Virus record (IMG/VR): IMGVR_UViG_3300031466_000102
Coordinates: 1-40,250 of that record
Source: a virus
Taxonomy: Duplodnaviria > Caudoviricetes
DNA: 40,250 nucleotides
Direction: 5' to 3' (one strand)
Shown here: positions 37,144 through 40,250 of the stretch, piece after piece
Layout of the letters: the number at the start of each line of letters is the position of its first letter
Numbering within the stretch: the first letter of the stretch is position 1
The notes under the pieces: model-generated
Seen by the model: only the letters and a program-made list of their open reading frames with translations
Database searches by the model: none
Told to the model about the DNA's origin: nothing
Made by a program: the position numbers and the translations under genes

Positions 37144-37541
37144 TCCCGACAGGCGGAAGCATCGACACGCAAAACATCGAAACGGTCACGCAGCCGTCGC
37201 GAACGTGGCGGCTGGATTTTGAACGTGGCCGTGTGACAGGGGCGATTGACGGACTGGACGCGGTTCGGCAGTCGGTATCCAAAATCGTCCAGACTGAGCG
37301 ATTCCGATATCTGATCTACGACGCGGACTATGGCATAGAGCTGGACGGACTGATCGGCCGGGATCCCGTGTTCGTCCAATCTGAGTTGCGCCGGCGGATT
37401 ACGGAAGCCCTCATGCAGGACGACAGGATTGAAAGCGTGACGGATTTTCAGATTGATATAACTGGCGACACTGTTACCATCCAGTTTACGGTTGTGTCAT
37501 CTTTCGGTTCATTCCAAGAAGAGGTGATGCTCCATGTATGA
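37140..37541 (+). CDS. baseplate wedge gp25-like (XkdS/DUF2634)
   Basis: TERF.Y.IY..DYG.EL, EAL.QDDRI..V.DF. Confidence 0.88.
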   Translation: MIPTGGSIDTQNIETVTQPSRTWRLDFERGRVTGAIDGLDAVRQSVSKIVQTERFRYLIYDADYGIELDGLIGRDPVFVQSELRRRITEALMQDDRIESVTDFQIDITGDTVTIQFTVVSSFGSFQEEVMLHV

Positions 37542-38613
37542 GCAACAGACGTATGAGGCCATTCTGCAACGGATGCTGGACCGAGTGTCCAATGATGTTG
37601 ACAAGCGACCTGGAAGCGTGATTTATGACGCGCTAGCACCAGCGGCCGCGGAGCTTGCGCAGATGTACGCAGAATTGGATATAAACATGAATCTATCTTT
37701 TGCGGATACGGCCAGCGGCGAATACTTGACCCGGCGCGCGGCGGAGTTTGGCGTCAACCGCAAATCAGCTACAAAAGCCCGCCGGGAAGGGCGGTTTTAT
37801 GGTTCTGAGGACGCGCCGCTCGATATCCCGCTGGGCAGCCGTTTCAGCATCGAAGGCGTGAATTACGCTGTCGTCTCCAGGATCGCCACCGGCGTGTATA
37901 CGCTGGAATGCGAGACTGCTGGTACGGTCGGCAACCAGCATTTCGGCACTTTGCTACCTATCACGTACATTCCGGGGCTTTCCAAGGCAGAGCTAGGCGT
38001 GGTGATTGTGCCAGGCGAGGACGAGGAAGACGACGAAACGCTGCGGCAGCGGTATTTCGAGGAGATCAGCCGGCCTGCGTTTGGCGGAAACGTGGCCGAC
38101 TATAAGCAGAAAATCGGCGCCATTGATGGCGTTGGTGGGGTGAAGGTGTTTCCCGCGTGGCAAGGTGGAGGGACGGTCAAATGCACGATCATCGCCTCCG
38201 ACTGGGGCGTACCGTCCCAGCAACTCGTTGACGAGGTACAGAACATCGTCGACCCGCCGGATAGCAGCGGGCAGGGTATCGGTACGGCACCGATCGGACA
38301 CCAGGTGACGATTGCCGGTGTGCAGTCTGTAACCATCGACGTGACCACGACCGTGACACTGGCGGATGGGGTGACGGTTGGTCAGGTGCAAGGGCCAATT
38401 GCGGAAGTCATCGATGCGTACCTACTCGGGCTCCGAAAAGAATGGGCCAACCATGCTCAACTCGTCGTCCGGGTGGCGCTCATCGAGGCGGCTATCCTGG
38501 GTGTACCGGGTGTCATCGACGTGGCTAATACCACCCTGAACGGTTTGGCGGCCAACGTAACGCTTAGCGAGGAAGAGATCCCGCTGATGGGGACGGTGAC
38601 GGTCAATGCCTGA
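37534..38613 (+). CDS. baseplate J-like (XkdT)
   Basis: GSVIYDALAP, C...G..GN, GGN..DY, GGGTVK, APIG. Confidence 0.92.
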   Translation: MYEQQTYEAILQRMLDRVSNDVDKRPGSVIYDALAPAAAELAQMYAELDINMNLSFADTASGEYLTRRAAEFGVNRKSATKARREGRFYGSEDAPLDIPLGSRFSIEGVNYAVVSRIATGVYTLECETAGTVGNQHFGTLLPITYIPGLSKAELGVVIVPGEDEEDDETLRQRYFEEISRPAFGGNVADYKQKIGAIDGVGGVKVFPAWQGGGTVKCTIIASDWGVPSQQLVDEVQNIVDPPDSSGQGIGTAPIGHQVTIAGVQSVTIDVTTTVTLADGVTVGQVQGPIAEVIDAYLLGLRKEWANHAQLVVRVALIEAAILGVPGVIDVANTTLNGLAANVTLSEEEIPLMGTVTVNA

Positions 38614-39193
38614 AAGAATCCTTACGTATTTGCCACCGTTCTACCGTGATATTTTCGACTTCGTAAAACTGGCCGAGGCGGAGAGCGTGGAGCTGGATAG
38701 CTTGGAGGCGGCAGTTCAGCGGCTGTTTGACGATCAGTTCGCCATGACCGCCAGCGCAGACGCCGTGAAGCGACGGGAGCGGATGCTCGGTATTCAAGCC
38801 GACCTGCAGAGCGAATCGCTCGATTTCCGGCGCAAGCGGCTGGTAAACCGCTATTCGACCAAACCTCCGTTCACGCTCCGGTATCTGCAGGAGCAGCTGG
38901 ACGCCTTGGTCGGCAAGGGCATGACGATCGTATCGGTTGACCCGCAGAATTTTATCTTGTACGTCACAACGAACATTGAAAATGCCAATGTATTTAAAGA
39001 AGTGCAGCATACAATCGAGACAATTAAGCCGGCCAACCTGCTCTACCAACAAAATACCTCTCTCAGTGATGATATTGTATTTGAAGAACACATTTCTGCC
39101 CAGTCGATAAGTTGGAACTATAAATTAGATGGTTCGTGGAAATTAGGAGAAAAGCCATTTGCAACTCTTGGTCCGGAGGTGATCGTAAAATGA
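38606..39193 (+). CDS. baseplate protein (XkdU/DUF2313-like)
   Basis: YLP.FY, R.E..LGI, L.FRR.R, IKPANL. Confidence 0.85.
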   Translation: MPERILTYLPPFYRDIFDFVKLAEAESVELDSLEAAVQRLFDDQFAMTASADAVKRRERMLGIQADLQSESLDFRRKRLVNRYSTKPPFTLRYLQEQLDALVGKGMTIVSVDPQNFILYVTTNIENANVFKEVQHTIETIKPANLLYQQNTSLSDDIVFEEHISAQSISWNYKLDGSWKLGEKPFATLGPEVIVK

Positions 39194-39474
39194 TAAATAC
39201 GGAGTTTTTGAATGAAGTAGCTAATTTCGTGAATTCAAAGGTAGCTAAAGTCGTAATTAACGGAACATATGAGATCACCAATTTTGAAGTCAAAGCAGTA
39301 ACGGATAACATATTGGCACTGAAATACCTTGTACCTGTGTCTGATGTTACCTTAATAACTGAAATTGAGCTAAAGGATGCTCAGGACAATAATATTAGTT
39401 CAAATAGTGTTTATGTGCCAATCACCACGGATCATGTAATGATTCAAGCAATTGAAGTAAGGGAGGGAGTATAA
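39190..39474 (+). CDS. baseplate/tail-fibre-associated protein
   Basis: GGAGGTG RBS, overlapping start/stop with neighbours. Confidence 0.75.
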   Translation: MINTEFLNEVANFVNSKVAKVVINGTYEITNFEVKAVTDNILALKYLVPVSDVTLITEIELKDAQDNNISSNSVYVPITTDHVMIQAIEVREGV

Positions 39475-40250
39475 TGGCAAGAACAGATTGGCAGATGGGG
39501 GATACTGTACAACCAGCGGACTTGAACCAAATCGGGCAGGAGATTAATGAAGCTCTATCAAAAGCAAATGATCCTCCCGTTAAATCCGTTAATACCAAAA
39601 CAGGTGATGTGGTGCTGACGGCAGCGGACGTTGGAGCCGAAACTCCCGCAGGTGCGCAGGCGAAGGCTGATGCAGTACAAGCGAATCTGAATGCACATCT
39701 TGCTGAAAGTGCGATACAAGCAGCTTCAGGATCAGCGAATGCGATCACAATTACCACAGGCGGCAATTTTCAATACACACAGGGTAAAAGGATCGCGTTT
39801 AAAGCGTCTGCGAACAACACGGGAAACGTTACTCTAAATGTAGATGGTAAAGGTGCTAAACCATTACTCAAGTTAGATGGCAGCCAAATTCCTTCCGGGG
39901 GGATTAAAAGTGGTAAGGTTTATGAGGCGTACTACGATACTGCGAGTGGTGGGCGTTTTTTCTTATTAGCTAGGGCTGAAGGAAATGCTGTTGCTGATAA
40001 AGTCCTAGCTGGATATACATTCAGCAACGATGATGACACGGGTATTCCGGGGGCTATGTTGGATAGATCATCTGGCAGCTATGCATCAGGCATACAGACT
40101 CGAAATGGAACGACGTTAGAATTGTCTATTCCAGCGAATGCATATTATGGCACGGGAGCGAAAATCACGAGAGATGACCCTAATTGGATTGCTTCTAATA
40201 TCCGAAATGGAATTAGCATTTTTGGATTGGTTGGTAGCTTAGTTGAGGGT
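39474..40250 (+). CDS. tail fibre protein (partial, runs off window)
   Basis: MARTDWQMGDTVQPADLNQIG, VKSVNTKTGDVVLTA.DVGA, NTGNVTLNVDG.GAKP, NIRNG.SIFG; open to window end. Confidence 0.85.
   Translation, partial: MARTDWQMGDTVQPADLNQIGQEINEALSKANDPPVKSVNTKTGDVVLTAADVGAETPAGAQAKADAVQANLNAHLAESAIQAASGSANAITITTGGNFQYTQGKRIAFKASANNTGNVTLNVDGKGAKPLLKLDGSQIPSGGIKSGKVYEAYYDTASGGRFFLLARAEGNAVADKVLAGYTFSNDDDTGIPGAMLDRSSGSYASGIQTRNGTTLELSIPANAYYGTGAKITRDDPNWIASNIRNGISIFGLVGSLVEG

Larger units (their letters stand above)
998..40250 (+). mobile_element. temperate prophage (myovirus, PBSX/Xkd-like tail), continues beyond window
   Basis: Canonical order integrase-repressor-replication-packaging-head-contractile tail-baseplate-fibre. 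Confidence 0.97.

Noticed and set aside
39474-40250. Diversity-generating retroelement or invertible fibre cassette
   Set aside because: No reverse transcriptase, invertase or template repeat within the window; cannot be excluded downstream

Overview
Almost the whole window (from about 998 to beyond the right edge) is the left ~39 kb of a temperate contractile-tailed (PBSX/Xkd-type tail) prophage of a Bacillota host, probably Paenibacillaceae-like (inferred from protein style). It has integrated into the Walker A motif of the host competence helicase gene comFA. Gene order is: large serine integrase, CI-like repressor/Cro switch with four operators, early genes (3D-domain protein, PP-loop/PAPS-reductase-like protein), recombination/replication module (SMC-like ATPase, Sak4-like ATPase, SSB-like, SF2 helicase, primase-helicase, ori, RusA), late regulator, an AT-rich two-gene moron (small repeat protein + SIR2-fold DUF4917-like protein), terminases with a C39-like peptidase between them, portal, MuF-toxin/immunity, head, tail, baseplate and a tail fibre cut off by the window edge. 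The most notable observations are: the comFA interruption; sigma-H-like promoters with RBS-occluding hairpins on morons; a stand-alone paralog of the tape-measure C-terminus next to an inverted-repeat-bracketed antisense Zn-ribbon gene; and two same-architecture antisense sRNA modules in the early operon. All family assignments come from motif recognition by eye, not database searches.
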